Positions 27,534-36,077 of a DNA stretch of 64,000 nt are shown piece by piece; position 1 is the stretch's first letter; each line of letters opens with the position of its first letter. Source of the stretch: Clostridiales bacterium (GTDB taxonomy: Bacteria; Bacillota; Clostridia; Christensenellales; UBA3700). Where the stretch lies: NCBI GenBank assembly GCA_014799575.1, contig JAAVHS010000003.1, positions 35,483 to 99,482 of the forward strand, given 5' to 3'. The translations under genes were made by a program, and so were the position numbers. The notes beneath the pieces are model-generated. The model saw nothing but the letters and a program-made list of their open reading frames with translations. It made no database searches and was not told the origin of the DNA.

Positions 27534-28574
27534 CTACTCCGTCAAATCAAGTAGCGCGTCGTACGCCGACAATCTTTGAGCCTCTTTTTTTGAACTTGCG
27601 TAATTAGAATATCGTCTTCTGCATTCTTCTACTAAGCAAGTGCATTTCCATTGGATATTATTAGAATCGTCATATTCTTGTTCAAAAGTATATATCGGTT
27701 TAGATATTAATTTTTTTTGAGAAAGTTCATTCAACTGCCTTATCGCTTCGTTTTCGTCGGGTTCTCCTATCGCCGCAATAATTAATTCAAGCGCATAAGT
27801 GTTATTGTTTATCAATCCGCATAGAAAACATTCAGCGCACTTTTCTTTTGCCTCTGCATTACTATATCCATAACCGTTATAGTGAATATTTCCACTCACT
27901 AATTGACACTTAACCGGTCCTTCTCCTCTATTATACGTGTTTTTAGTAGATTCTCCAATAGCGCAGTCAAAGCCACTCATATATTGATAACTAGGCAATC
28001 CCATTCTATTCGCTTGATAAAATTCCTGAACTGCGCCAACGTAGTTTTGATTTTTATCTAAATCGTTGTTAAAGTGTGCGTCAAAGTCTATCATATTTTT
28101 AACCACGCATGTAATTACGTCCATATCCCAATCGCAATCCAATGTGACCGCTCCTATAATAGCCTCAAACAAGTCCTCTTTAACAGACCTATCATTTTGA
28201 CGCTTTTGTTTAATATCCCCCTTCCCCATAATTAGATAGTTATGAAAACCGAGACTATCCATTGCTTTTGACAAAGCCTTCTTGTTTACCAAGTCTTTCT
28301 TAATGTCGGTAAATTTTCCCTCTCCGTACTTTGTTTGGAAATATCTAGGGCTACGTTCTTCATCTTCCGTAATCATACCGAATTTTTTCATCATTATTCG
28401 GACTACTGCCAAACCCAAAGCATTGTCGCCTATAAGTTCTATAACCTCATTATCTTGTCCGCCATTTTCTGACGAATACGACTTTCTGATAAAAGCCTGT
28501 TGCAATAGGTATTTGTTTTTGAAAACGTAACCTATAATTTGCTCAATTTGATTAATTTGTTCGAGTGTTAACAT
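27534..28574 (-). CDS. RNase III-domain protein with two C-terminal dsRBD-like modules
   Basis: 346 aa. The signature NEVIELIGDNAL corresponds to NERLEFLGD, and EDLFEAIIGAV corresponds to DAFEAxIGA. Two dsRBD-like segments end in YSNAEAKEKCAECFL and SSKKEAQRLSAYDALLDL. A GGAGGA RBS is present. The gene is visibly AT-richer than its neighbours. Confidence 0.75.
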   Translation of the reverse strand: MLTLEQINQIEQIIGYVFKNKYLLQQAFIRKSYSSENGGQDNEVIELIGDNALGLAVVRIMMKKFGMITEDEERSPRYFQTKYGEGKFTDIKKDLVNKKALSKAMDSLGFHNYLIMGKGDIKQKRQNDRSVKEDLFEAIIGAVTLDCDWDMDVITCVVKNMIDFDAHFNNDLDKNQNYVGAVQEFYQANRMGLPSYQYMSGFDCAIGESTKNTYNRGEGPVKCQLVSGNIHYNGYGYSNAEAKEKCAECFLCGLINNNTYALELIIAAIGEPDENEAIRQLNELSQKKLISKPIYTFEQEYDDSNNIQWKCTCLVEECRRRYSNYASSKKEAQRLSAYDALLDLTE

Positions 28575-28631
28575 AAAAGTTCCTCCATATTATGTTTTTA
28601 TTATGTTTTTTATTAAATTGTTTTGGAGGAC

Positions 28632-28676
28632 AAAAAAAGACCTAATTAGGGTATACATTAACCCCTTGTTTAGGTC
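28632..28676 (-). terminator. Terminator-like hairpin in the spacer upstream of the RNase III paralog
   Basis: On the minus strand, GACCTAAACAAGGGGTTAATGTATACCCTAATTAGGTC is followed by TTTTTTT. It lies ~215 nt after the anti-sigma stop and ~58 nt before the RNase III-like ATG. Confidence 0.5.
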
Positions 28677-28890
28677 CAATAAATCAAAATATTAATTATA
28701 AATTTACCAAACTTCCTATTATATCCGACTTTGATAATACTCTAAATAAATATAGTTAGTGTGGTTAATTTATATTTGGTATTTTAATCGATTGTCCTAT
28801 CTCCAAATATATTTTCTACCATTTGTATGTTATCACACTTTTTTTATAATTGCAATACTTTTTGAGTATTTTTTATTCATTTACAAAAAC

Positions 28891-29562
28891 TCAATCCATA
28901 CAAAAAATATACACTTGCTTTTCAAGATAGACGATATACGCGTCTTTGCGAATCCTGTCGCTGAAATAGTAGCTTTGGTATATCCTATAATTGCCGTGAA
29001 TTGACGAGCCGTTGATATTTCTGAAAATAGTAGAATATCTAGAGTCCGTACTTGTGACGTTCTCATGAAGCAAGACGGTGACTTCAACCGACTTGCCGTC
29101 TTTGACGTAATACTCTCTGTATCCGCTCTCGTCTTGCGTGATTTGAGTCTCTACTATCGACCAATCTTTATCGTAGTCGTAGATCAATTCCACGCCTGCG
29201 TCTTTCATCGTCTTGTCGATTGTGTCGAAGCATATTTTGTTGTCGTAATAGAAATTCCAATCGCCGCGGTAGTCGACAACGTTTACGCTTGAATTGGGGA
29301 CGTCCCCTTCCGAGTGCGCAGGTCCGAATATAGATGAAGATATAAGTATTATGGCAAGAGCGATTACGACAAGTGAGCAAGCAAGCGAAGTCCATACCGC
29401 GCGCTTTTTACGCGTAGTCTTTTGGACGGCTTTGCTTTCTTCGATAAACTCTCCTCCAAACGCCTTTTTGCTCTCTATCTTTTGCAACAAGACGTCTTTA
29501 TCGGGAGCGTTGAGCTCTTCAAAAGCCTTGATTAAGTTGTCTTTTTGTTTTCGCTTCATCAT
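28891..29562 (-). CDS. Single-pass membrane protein, putative anti-sigma factor
   Basis: 223 aa with a cytoplasmic N-terminus, one TM helix (VWTSLACSLVVIALAIILISS) and an extracytoplasmic domain. It lies 48 nt downstream of the sigma gene. The call is by context only. Confidence 0.5.
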   Translation of the reverse strand: MMKRKQKDNLIKAFEELNAPDKDVLLQKIESKKAFGGEFIEESKAVQKTTRKKRAVWTSLACSLVVIALAIILISSSIFGPAHSEGDVPNSSVNVVDYRGDWNFYYDNKICFDTIDKTMKDAGVELIYDYDKDWSIVETQITQDESGYREYYVKDGKSVEVTVLLHENVTSTDSRYSTIFRNINGSSIHGNYRIYQSYYFSDRIRKDAYIVYLEKQVYIFCMD

Positions 29563-29610
29563 ATATTAGTACACTCTTTTTACATTTTTGTATCGCTTGT
29601 TTATATTTTT

Positions 29611-30144
29611 CTAGGTATAATCTTTCAATTTCGCAATCGCCCGCTTGTAAGTCCTTTCCACGCTTCCGAGCGACTTGTCCGTCTTTTTGGCTATCTCTCT
29701 GAAAGTCATATCCAAATAGAACTTGTAATATATCACGCAGTACTCTTCCTCGTCGAGAAGTTTAAGTCCCTCTTTTAGAGCAATGGACGTGACCTTGTCG
29801 TCGATATTCTGCTTTGTCGCAAGAATATCTTCGTTGAGAGGCGCAAGCGGTCGTCGCTTTTCTCCTCTAATCATATTAAGATATTTGTTTTTGATAGCTT
29901 TGCAAAGATAATTAAAGGCGCGACGTCCTGCTTTGTAATGTCCGGCGATATACTCGATATTTGCGAAAATCTCCGCGACCAAATCTTCCGCCGTCATAGC
30001 GTGTCGACAGTATCGAAAGGCTACGCGGTAAAGTCCTTTGTAAGTGAGTTCAAAAAGCGTGGCAATACTCTCCGTATTGCCCTGGCTGACGTCTATCATA
30101 CATTTTTCAATCTGTCCGTCAAGACCTTTGTCCACCGCTTTCAT
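29611..30144 (-). CDS. ECF-type sigma-70 family RNA polymerase sigma factor
   Basis: I chose the ATG at 30144 (MKAVDKG..). Region 2 is LYRVAFRYC..AEDLVAEIF. Region 4 HTH is MTFREIAKKTDKSLGSVERTYKRAIAKLK. Confidence 0.8.
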   Translation of the reverse strand: MKAVDKGLDGQIEKCMIDVSQGNTESIATLFELTYKGLYRVAFRYCRHAMTAEDLVAEIFANIEYIAGHYKAGRRAFNYLCKAIKNKYLNMIRGEKRRPLAPLNEDILATKQNIDDKVTSIALKEGLKLLDEEEYCVIYYKFYLDMTFREIAKKTDKSLGSVERTYKRAIAKLKDYT

Positions 30145-30273
30145 ATATTGAGAGTAGCATATATTACCCTTCGTTGTCAACGGAGAGTTTTTAAAAAAAT
30201 TTTTGACAAAAGCGATACAAACGCATTTTATCGGTGTAGTATTAGACGAAAAACAAAAACGGAGGAAAACGAT

Positions 30274-31815
30274 ATGAGAAAAAAACACGTTGTTTTCACA
30301 CTAACTCTAATAATCATAACAGCATTGACGCTGTGCGCATTCTCGGCTTGCAACGGCGGTCCTCGCGACGATGCCGGAGTACCGACATTCCCTCCGGGAG
30401 GATCTGATTCTCCAAACGGTTCTCCATCATCTTCCGTAGGCAACGAGAACGGTATTAAAGAAAACCCCGTTATTGATACGGCGACGCAAAACGATTTGTA
30501 CTTTTCCGTCGACGCCCACACTGCGGAATATACGCAGCTCAAAGATATGATTTTGAACGGAACGGGATACGACGCTTATGCAAGTCACGTCAAGATTGAC
30601 CAAATGCTCAACTATTTCAAATACGACTATTCCACTCCGCAAGAAGACGAATTGCTCGCGCTCAACGCGTCTTTATTCGACTGCCCGTACAATACTGAAA
30701 AGAAGTTGCTTCGCGTAGGTCTGAAATCGCAACAAGTATATATGGAAGACGTAAAAAACAATATCGTATTGCTTTTGGACGTATCGGGCTCTATGAGCGG
30801 AGCGAGCAAAATCGACCTCATGAAAGAAGCTATGATGAAAATGGTAGACAACCTCAATCAAGACGACGTAATCTCTATCGTGACGTATAGCAACAAAACG
30901 AAAGTCGTCATTGACGGATTGACTATGGGCGAAAACGCAAAAGAAATAAAACGCCAAATCGGCGATCTTAGAGCGGACGGCGGAACGAACGGCGAAGGCG
31001 GAATACAAAAGGCTTACGAAGTCGCAAAAAATCACTTCATTGAAGACGGCAACAACCGCGTCATACTCGCCACCGACGGCGACTTTAATATCGGTATAAG
31101 CGACGTAGGTGAACTCAAAGAGTTTATATCCTCTAAAAAAGACGACGGAATATATCTCACTTGCATAGGACTTGGCAACGACTACGGTTATGCGACGTCG
31201 ACTATGGAAGCGCTTTCAAAGAGCGGTAACGGATATTGGGGATATATCCATAATATGGGCGATGCGGAAAAATTGCTCGTCGAAGACCTCGCTTCGACTA
31301 TAATCACGATTGCTAAGGACGTGAAGGCAAAGATAGCCTTCAACTCCGACGTAGTAAAGAATTTCAGATTGCTCGGATATGAAAACAATATCATCTCAAG
31401 CATAGACTACGAGGATAAGACAACCGACGCAGGCGAAATAGGCACAGACTTTACTCTATCGCTATGCTTCGAAATAGAACTGGGCGCGGACGTAGATTTG
31501 TCGCAAGAGCTCAATATTGCAGAAGTCAACATAAGATACAAAGATGCGAAAGCAAACACAGAAGACCCTTCCAGCGAGTTGAAGTTGCCCATAACCTCCG
31601 ACTGCTATACTTTGGAAATGTCGCAAGACGATAGCTTTGTCTCAAGCGTAGTAGAATTCGCGCTAATCGCGCTCAATTCCCAATACAAAGCAAACGCTAA
31701 TATCGACAACGTAATCGAAAGATTGCAAGGCTTAGGACTTAGCGACAAATACAAAGCGGAATTCGTACAAGTAGTCACTACCTACAAAAATCTAATGAGC
31801 AACGTAAACCGTTAG
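30274..31815 (+). CDS. von Willebrand factor A domain lipoprotein (YfbK-like)
   Basis: I chose the ATG at 30274, after GGAGG; the track ORF 29938 extends through the antisense of the sigma gene. It has the lipobox LCAFSAC and the MIDAS motif LLLDVSGSMSG, followed by TDGDFN. Confidence 0.8.
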   Translation: MRKKHVVFTLTLIIITALTLCAFSACNGGPRDDAGVPTFPPGGSDSPNGSPSSSVGNENGIKENPVIDTATQNDLYFSVDAHTAEYTQLKDMILNGTGYDAYASHVKIDQMLNYFKYDYSTPQEDELLALNASLFDCPYNTEKKLLRVGLKSQQVYMEDVKNNIVLLLDVSGSMSGASKIDLMKEAMMKMVDNLNQDDVISIVTYSNKTKVVIDGLTMGENAKEIKRQIGDLRADGGTNGEGGIQKAYEVAKNHFIEDGNNRVILATDGDFNIGISDVGELKEFISSKKDDGIYLTCIGLGNDYGYATSTMEALSKSGNGYWGYIHNMGDAEKLLVEDLASTIITIAKDVKAKIAFNSDVVKNFRLLGYENNIISSIDYEDKTTDAGEIGTDFTLSLCFEIELGADVDLSQELNIAEVNIRYKDAKANTEDPSSELKLPITSDCYTLEMSQDDSFVSSVVEFALIALNSQYKANANIDNVIERLQGLGLSDKYKAEFVQVVTTYKNLMSNVNR

Positions 31816-31854
31816 ATTTCTCCATAATACACCTTAAAATTTTCTTTGTATCTT

Positions 31855-31889
31855 AAAAAACCGCCATAGCAATATGGCGGTTACTTTTA
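31855..31889. terminator. Bidirectional terminator between the vWA gene and the glycosylase gene
   Basis: AAAAAACCGCCATAGCAATATGGCGGTTACTTTTAT. Confidence 0.75.
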
Positions 31890-32348
31890 TAAAAACTTTC
31901 TTATCTTCATCCACTCTTCTTTATCCCAACCGCCTGCGTTGGCAGGAGAGGTGGACGGAAGGTAGTTGAATTGCAAATCGGGATAAGTCTTTTTGGCAAT
32001 CTCATAAGACTTTCTGCCATTGCAGAATATCGCTTGAATGTTCGCCTTCTTAATTACATTGACAATATCGTTGGGAACGACGTCTTTTATATCGCTATCC
32101 AACGACCCGTCGCGATTGCACGAATAGATTATATCCATAAGCGCGATATTATGCGTCAAAAGCCATTGTTTTTTGCCGTCGATACTTTCGGGTACGGACT
32201 CGCCCGCGACTTCCCCAATCGTCGTCCAAAACCTATTGCGAGGATGCATATAGTAAAAGCCTCTTTCCAACGATTTGACGGACGCCATACTTCCGAGAAT
32301 GAGTACGCGACTGTTTTCGTTGAAAATAGGCTCGAATGAATATATCAT
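31887..32348 (-). CDS. DNA-deoxyinosine glycosylase (UDG-superfamily hypoxanthine-DNA glycosylase)
   Basis: 153 aa. ILGSMASVKSLERGFYYMHPRNRFW and LPSTSPAN are typical of this small UDG-like family. Confidence 0.75.
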   Translation of the reverse strand: MIYSFEPIFNENSRVLILGSMASVKSLERGFYYMHPRNRFWTTIGEVAGESVPESIDGKKQWLLTHNIALMDIIYSCNRDGSLDSDIKDVVPNDIVNVIKKANIQAIFCNGRKSYEIAKKTYPDLQFNYLPSTSPANAGGWDKEEWMKIRKFL

Positions 32349-32349
32349 A

Positions 32350-33177
32350 TTATTTGGCTACGTAAATCTTCGTGCAAGGAGCTTGTCCGCTAAGCACTTC
32401 GGATATTGTGAACTTTGGATTTGCGATATAGACTTCCGTTCCGTTTTTGAGAGGCGATTTGATAAATTCCAACTTCGCGTTGGCTCCGTTTGCGCCCACG
32501 CGCGACGCGCCTTTGCAAAGATTCTGCGCATGCGTAACGGCGTCAAGAAGTTCGTAAGTATCCTTGCCCGTAATCTCTCTTATCAACGTGCTTTCGTCGT
32601 TGGGATTTGAATAAATACCAAGCGTAGACGTATAGATCAACAGTGTCTTGCATTTGACGAGACACGCAATCTGCGAAGCCGTTTCGTCATTGTCCATACA
32701 GTGTACTATGTCATCGCGATTTTTCGCCAACTCTTGCAATTCGAGTTTGTCAATCTCCTCGGACGAAAGAGGGTCGTTGTAATTGACGATAGGAATAGCG
32801 TTCTGCTTCGGACATCTAAGCAAAAGACTTTTCAAAATTTCCTTTTTCGCAGGGTCGTTGAAGTGTCTATGCTCGACGAGTATTTGTCTTACGCTGTATT
32901 TGGGGTCTATATACTCGCGGTAGTTCTCCATAAGTATAGTCTGTCCTTGCGCGGCGTAATCCATCTTGACTTCGTTGTAATTACCCTCGATTTCCTTGCC
33001 GTTTCGCTTGATGTAGTCTATTCTGCCTATTTCCGTCGCTCCGCTCGTCACCCAAATATAGCCTGGGCGAAGTTCCCTGCTTATTCTGGATATAGCGTTG
33101 TAATCTATATCCCCCCACGCTTTATTGACGAGAGCCATAGAGCCTACTTTTCCTACTAATTCGACGTCAAATTTCAT
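32350..33177 (-). CDS. Amino-acid-kinase family protein (glutamate 5-kinase-like fold), divergent
   Basis: I chose the ATG at 33177, after AGAGGA; the track start at 33207 is TTG. It has KVGSMAL, VTSGATEIGR, NYNDPLS and DNDETASQIA blocks arranged as in ProB. The substrate is not inferable. Confidence 0.55.
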   Translation of the reverse strand: MKFDVELVGKVGSMALVNKAWGDIDYNAISRISRELRPGYIWVTSGATEIGRIDYIKRNGKEIEGNYNEVKMDYAAQGQTILMENYREYIDPKYSVRQILVEHRHFNDPAKKEILKSLLLRCPKQNAIPIVNYNDPLSSEEIDKLELQELAKNRDDIVHCMDNDETASQIACLVKCKTLLIYTSTLGIYSNPNDESTLIREITGKDTYELLDAVTHAQNLCKGASRVGANGANAKLEFIKSPLKNGTEVYIANPKFTISEVLSGQAPCTKIYVAK

Positions 33178-33199
33178 TTTTTTGTCCTCTTTGTATTTA

Positions 33200-34411
33200 T
33201 TATGCAACTAATTCGTCGCTTTCCCATTCTTGTTGTTTTGAATAGATATATGCTACTACGTGAGCTTCATTTATCTCGTACGGCGTACCCGTAGTCGTAT
33301 TCTTCTCCGCATTCTCGTCTGCAATCAAATTCATCACGCCTTTTTCATCGATTTGTACGGTAATCGTTCCATCTTGGTCGGTGCGATAGACTTTGGCAAA
33401 TCCGTTGTAATCGTCGTCGGGAACAAGGTCGACGTACTTGTCAAGTCTTTCCAACAATTCATCAGTCGGATGTCCATATTTATTCCCCGCTCCGCAAGAA
33501 ATTATAGCGTATTCGCAGTCGACTTTTTTCAAAAATTCCTCTCGCGTCGATGTCTTCGAACCGTGGTGCGCGACTTTCAACACGTCTGCGTCAATATTGT
33601 CAAAATAACCTTTTGCCAAAAGATAATCTTCGTTGGTATAGTTGGAATCTCCAGTGAGAACAATAGTCCGCTCTGCATACTCCAAGAAGCAAACAGGCGA
33701 TACTGCATTCTTATTCGTTGCGTCTTTCGACTCGTCGGGATAATCCGCTTCGTCATACGTATAGCACTTCATAATCCAATTTTCACCTTTTATTTCATAA
33801 GTGCCTACGTTTTCATTATAAACAGATTTCTTTTCTACGCCATTTTCTAAGTAAGTTTCATTTTGAGCCGCTTTGCACGCATTTTCCCACGTTGTATCAG
33901 TGATTGTTGCTCCTTTTGGAAAATAAAAATTCTTTATCTCATAATTGTCAATAAGTTTTTTTGCATCTCTGATATGGTCGTAGTCTGTATGCGTAAGGAA
34001 AAGGTAGTCTATCGTAGTGATATTCAATCCCTTCAAATTTCCGTCTATTACGTTCCAAGGCGATGCCTTGCCAATTACGCTGCCTATATCCATTACCATT
34101 ATCTGTCCATCGGGGAAAATCAAGAGTATGCAATCTCCTTGACCTATGTCAAGCACTCGCATTTCCAAAACCGCGCCTTCAAGTTTTGCAACGCCTTGCG
34201 CCAAAGGCGGATTGTCGGGAGTCTCTTCCATTCCAAGCAATGACTTGACATAGTCAATGACAGTTCCCCACAATCCTTTAACGCTGATAATTACTATCGC
34301 CAAAATAAGAATTACGACGATAATTACCGTCAATATCATAATGAGTTTGTTATTCTGTTTTGACTTTGCCTTGCCTTTTGCTTTTTTGCTTTTGCCGGAT
34401 GATGAAGCCAT
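33200..34411 (-). CDS. Membrane-anchored metallo-beta-lactamase-fold protein (ComEC C-terminal-domain-like)
   Basis: 403 aa with a K-rich N-terminus and one TM helix. It also has VLDIGQGDCILLIF, LTHTDYDHI and KVAHHGS. Confidence 0.7.
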   Translation of the reverse strand: MASSSGKSKKAKGKAKSKQNNKLIMILTVIIVVILILAIVIISVKGLWGTVIDYVKSLLGMEETPDNPPLAQGVAKLEGAVLEMRVLDIGQGDCILLIFPDGQIMVMDIGSVIGKASPWNVIDGNLKGLNITTIDYLFLTHTDYDHIRDAKKLIDNYEIKNFYFPKGATITDTTWENACKAAQNETYLENGVEKKSVYNENVGTYEIKGENWIMKCYTYDEADYPDESKDATNKNAVSPVCFLEYAERTIVLTGDSNYTNEDYLLAKGYFDNIDADVLKVAHHGSKTSTREEFLKKVDCEYAIISCGAGNKYGHPTDELLERLDKYVDLVPDDDYNGFAKVYRTDQDGTITVQIDEKGVMNLIADENAEKNTTTGTPYEINEAHVVAYIYSKQQEWESDELVA

Positions 34412-34428
34412 ATTTACTCCTTTAACTA

Positions 34429-35952
34429 TTAGTCTTCGTCCGAGAAGTATTCGAGTATTTTCTTCTTCTTTTCAGGTTTGTTGTCGCCGTGCTTGATGAA
34501 TACGGTCGTCACAAGCGCTAAGGCGATAAATACCGAAGCGTAGATGAATACGCTGCTTTGGGATATATTCGTCATAAATATACCGGCGAACGCAGGCGTA
34601 ACCGCTTGCGCCGACATTGAAAACGCATAATAATATCCCGTATACTTTCCTACCGTACTACCTTTAGAAAGTTCCGTAACCATAGGCAACGTGTTGACGT
34701 TTACGCAGACCATACCGAAACCTGCCAAAAGGAAACAAAGCGGAAATAGTATATTGACGTGAGGCGTCTTCGCCGTCATAAAGAAGCACGGTATAAATGC
34801 CAAAGCGGCAATTATTATTCCGATTATGACGGTCTTTTTTCTACCCAACTTGCTCGCCAAAAGCGATACGGGCAAAAGCGCAATCGCGCCTCCCGCGCCG
34901 TTGAGTATGGATATAGTGCCTACGAAACCTTGGTCGAACGCAAGCGTGTCGGTCGCGTAAGTGGAAAGGTGCGATTTGACTGCGTTGTAACCCATAAACC
35001 AAAGAAATACGGTCATGAGTATAAGGAAGAGAGAGATTACTTTCGCCTTAGGCAACTTTTCATTACCTTCGAGTTCTTCCTCGTCGACTACTTGATATTT
35101 TTCTTCCTCTGCCATTCTCATCTCGACGAACTTCTTTTCCTTGACGGTAAACATATACGCTACAAGTATAATTAAAAGCACGATTGCCGTCGTAAAGAAG
35201 AGCCAGAAATAGTTTTGCGTAGCATTCTTAGCAAAAATCTTATAGAGTATAATCGCTACAAGTCCTCCTGCTCCGCCCATAAACGTGATTAGCGCGTTGG
35301 CTTGCGAACGCAAAGGCTTTGGCGTAACGTCGGGCATAAGCGAAATAGCCGGCGAACGGTAAGATGCCATTGAGATCAACAACAGCAACAATGCGACGAT
35401 AAACATAACGAGTATCCATACGTGGTCTTTCGCCAACTCGCCCGCTAATGCAATCTGCGCGGCTTTTATCGCTTGCACGACTTCAGAACCGCCGTTCGCC
35501 ATAAGGCTGTCGTAACCCTTATCCGCAATATCCAAAGTGTTTATAATCGTCTGCAAATCGGGATTGTAACCGATAAGCACTTCGATATTGTTGTAACCCG
35601 CTTCCATTATCTTTTGGAATTGTAAAAACTCAAAGAGAGCCATTATTATCAACGAAATTGACGCGGCTATCGTACCCCAAAATAAGAACGTCGTTCTTCT
35701 ACCCATTTTTGCGTTGACCGCTTTATCAGACAGACCGCCGAAGAATGGCAATAAAAATATTGCAAGCAAGTTGTCAAGACCCATAATAAGTCCGTACTGC
35801 CACTCGTTCAATCCGAAACGTCGGTTGAGAATAAGCGGCATAACGTAGTCGTACACTTCCCAAAAACACATAATTCCGAAAAATGCAAAGCCTACGAGTA
35901 TCGTCCGCTTGAAGTCAAGTCTTAAAGTGTCGTTCGCTCTTTCTTTTTTCAT
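34429..35952 (-). CDS. MFS/GPH-type sugar transporter
   Basis: 507 aa with 12 TM helices and a long central loop. It is divergent from the GH2 gene. Confidence 0.6.
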   Translation of the reverse strand: MKKERANDTLRLDFKRTILVGFAFFGIMCFWEVYDYVMPLILNRRFGLNEWQYGLIMGLDNLLAIFLLPFFGGLSDKAVNAKMGRRTTFLFWGTIAASISLIIMALFEFLQFQKIMEAGYNNIEVLIGYNPDLQTIINTLDIADKGYDSLMANGGSEVVQAIKAAQIALAGELAKDHVWILVMFIVALLLLLISMASYRSPAISLMPDVTPKPLRSQANALITFMGGAGGLVAIILYKIFAKNATQNYFWLFFTTAIVLLIILVAYMFTVKEKKFVEMRMAEEEKYQVVDEEELEGNEKLPKAKVISLFLILMTVFLWFMGYNAVKSHLSTYATDTLAFDQGFVGTISILNGAGGAIALLPVSLLASKLGRKKTVIIGIIIAALAFIPCFFMTAKTPHVNILFPLCFLLAGFGMVCVNVNTLPMVTELSKGSTVGKYTGYYYAFSMSAQAVTPAFAGIFMTNISQSSVFIYASVFIALALVTTVFIKHGDNKPEKKKKILEYFSDED

Positions 35953-36028
35953 AAATCCCCTTTTGCGTTAACAATAATAGTAACCTAGTGTAAGTATATC
36001 ATATACATATTAAAAAGGCAACCCGATA

Positions 36029-36058
36029 TTGACTAATCGACAAAAGTTATGGTAAAAT
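36029..36058 (+). promoter_or_regulatory. Promoter of the GH2 gene
   Basis: TTGACT (36029-36034), an 18-nt spacer, then TG-G-TAAAAT (-10 at 36053-36058). Confidence 0.5.
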
Positions 36059-36077
36059 ATTGCTTGCGAGGTGCGTT

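Noticed and set aside
28759-29004. 81-aa ORF in the AT-rich spacer between the anti-sigma gene and the RNase III paralog
   Set aside because: It has an extreme F/I/Y/L composition driven by AT-richness and has no SD. It overlaps the 3' end of the anti-sigma gene in antisense.
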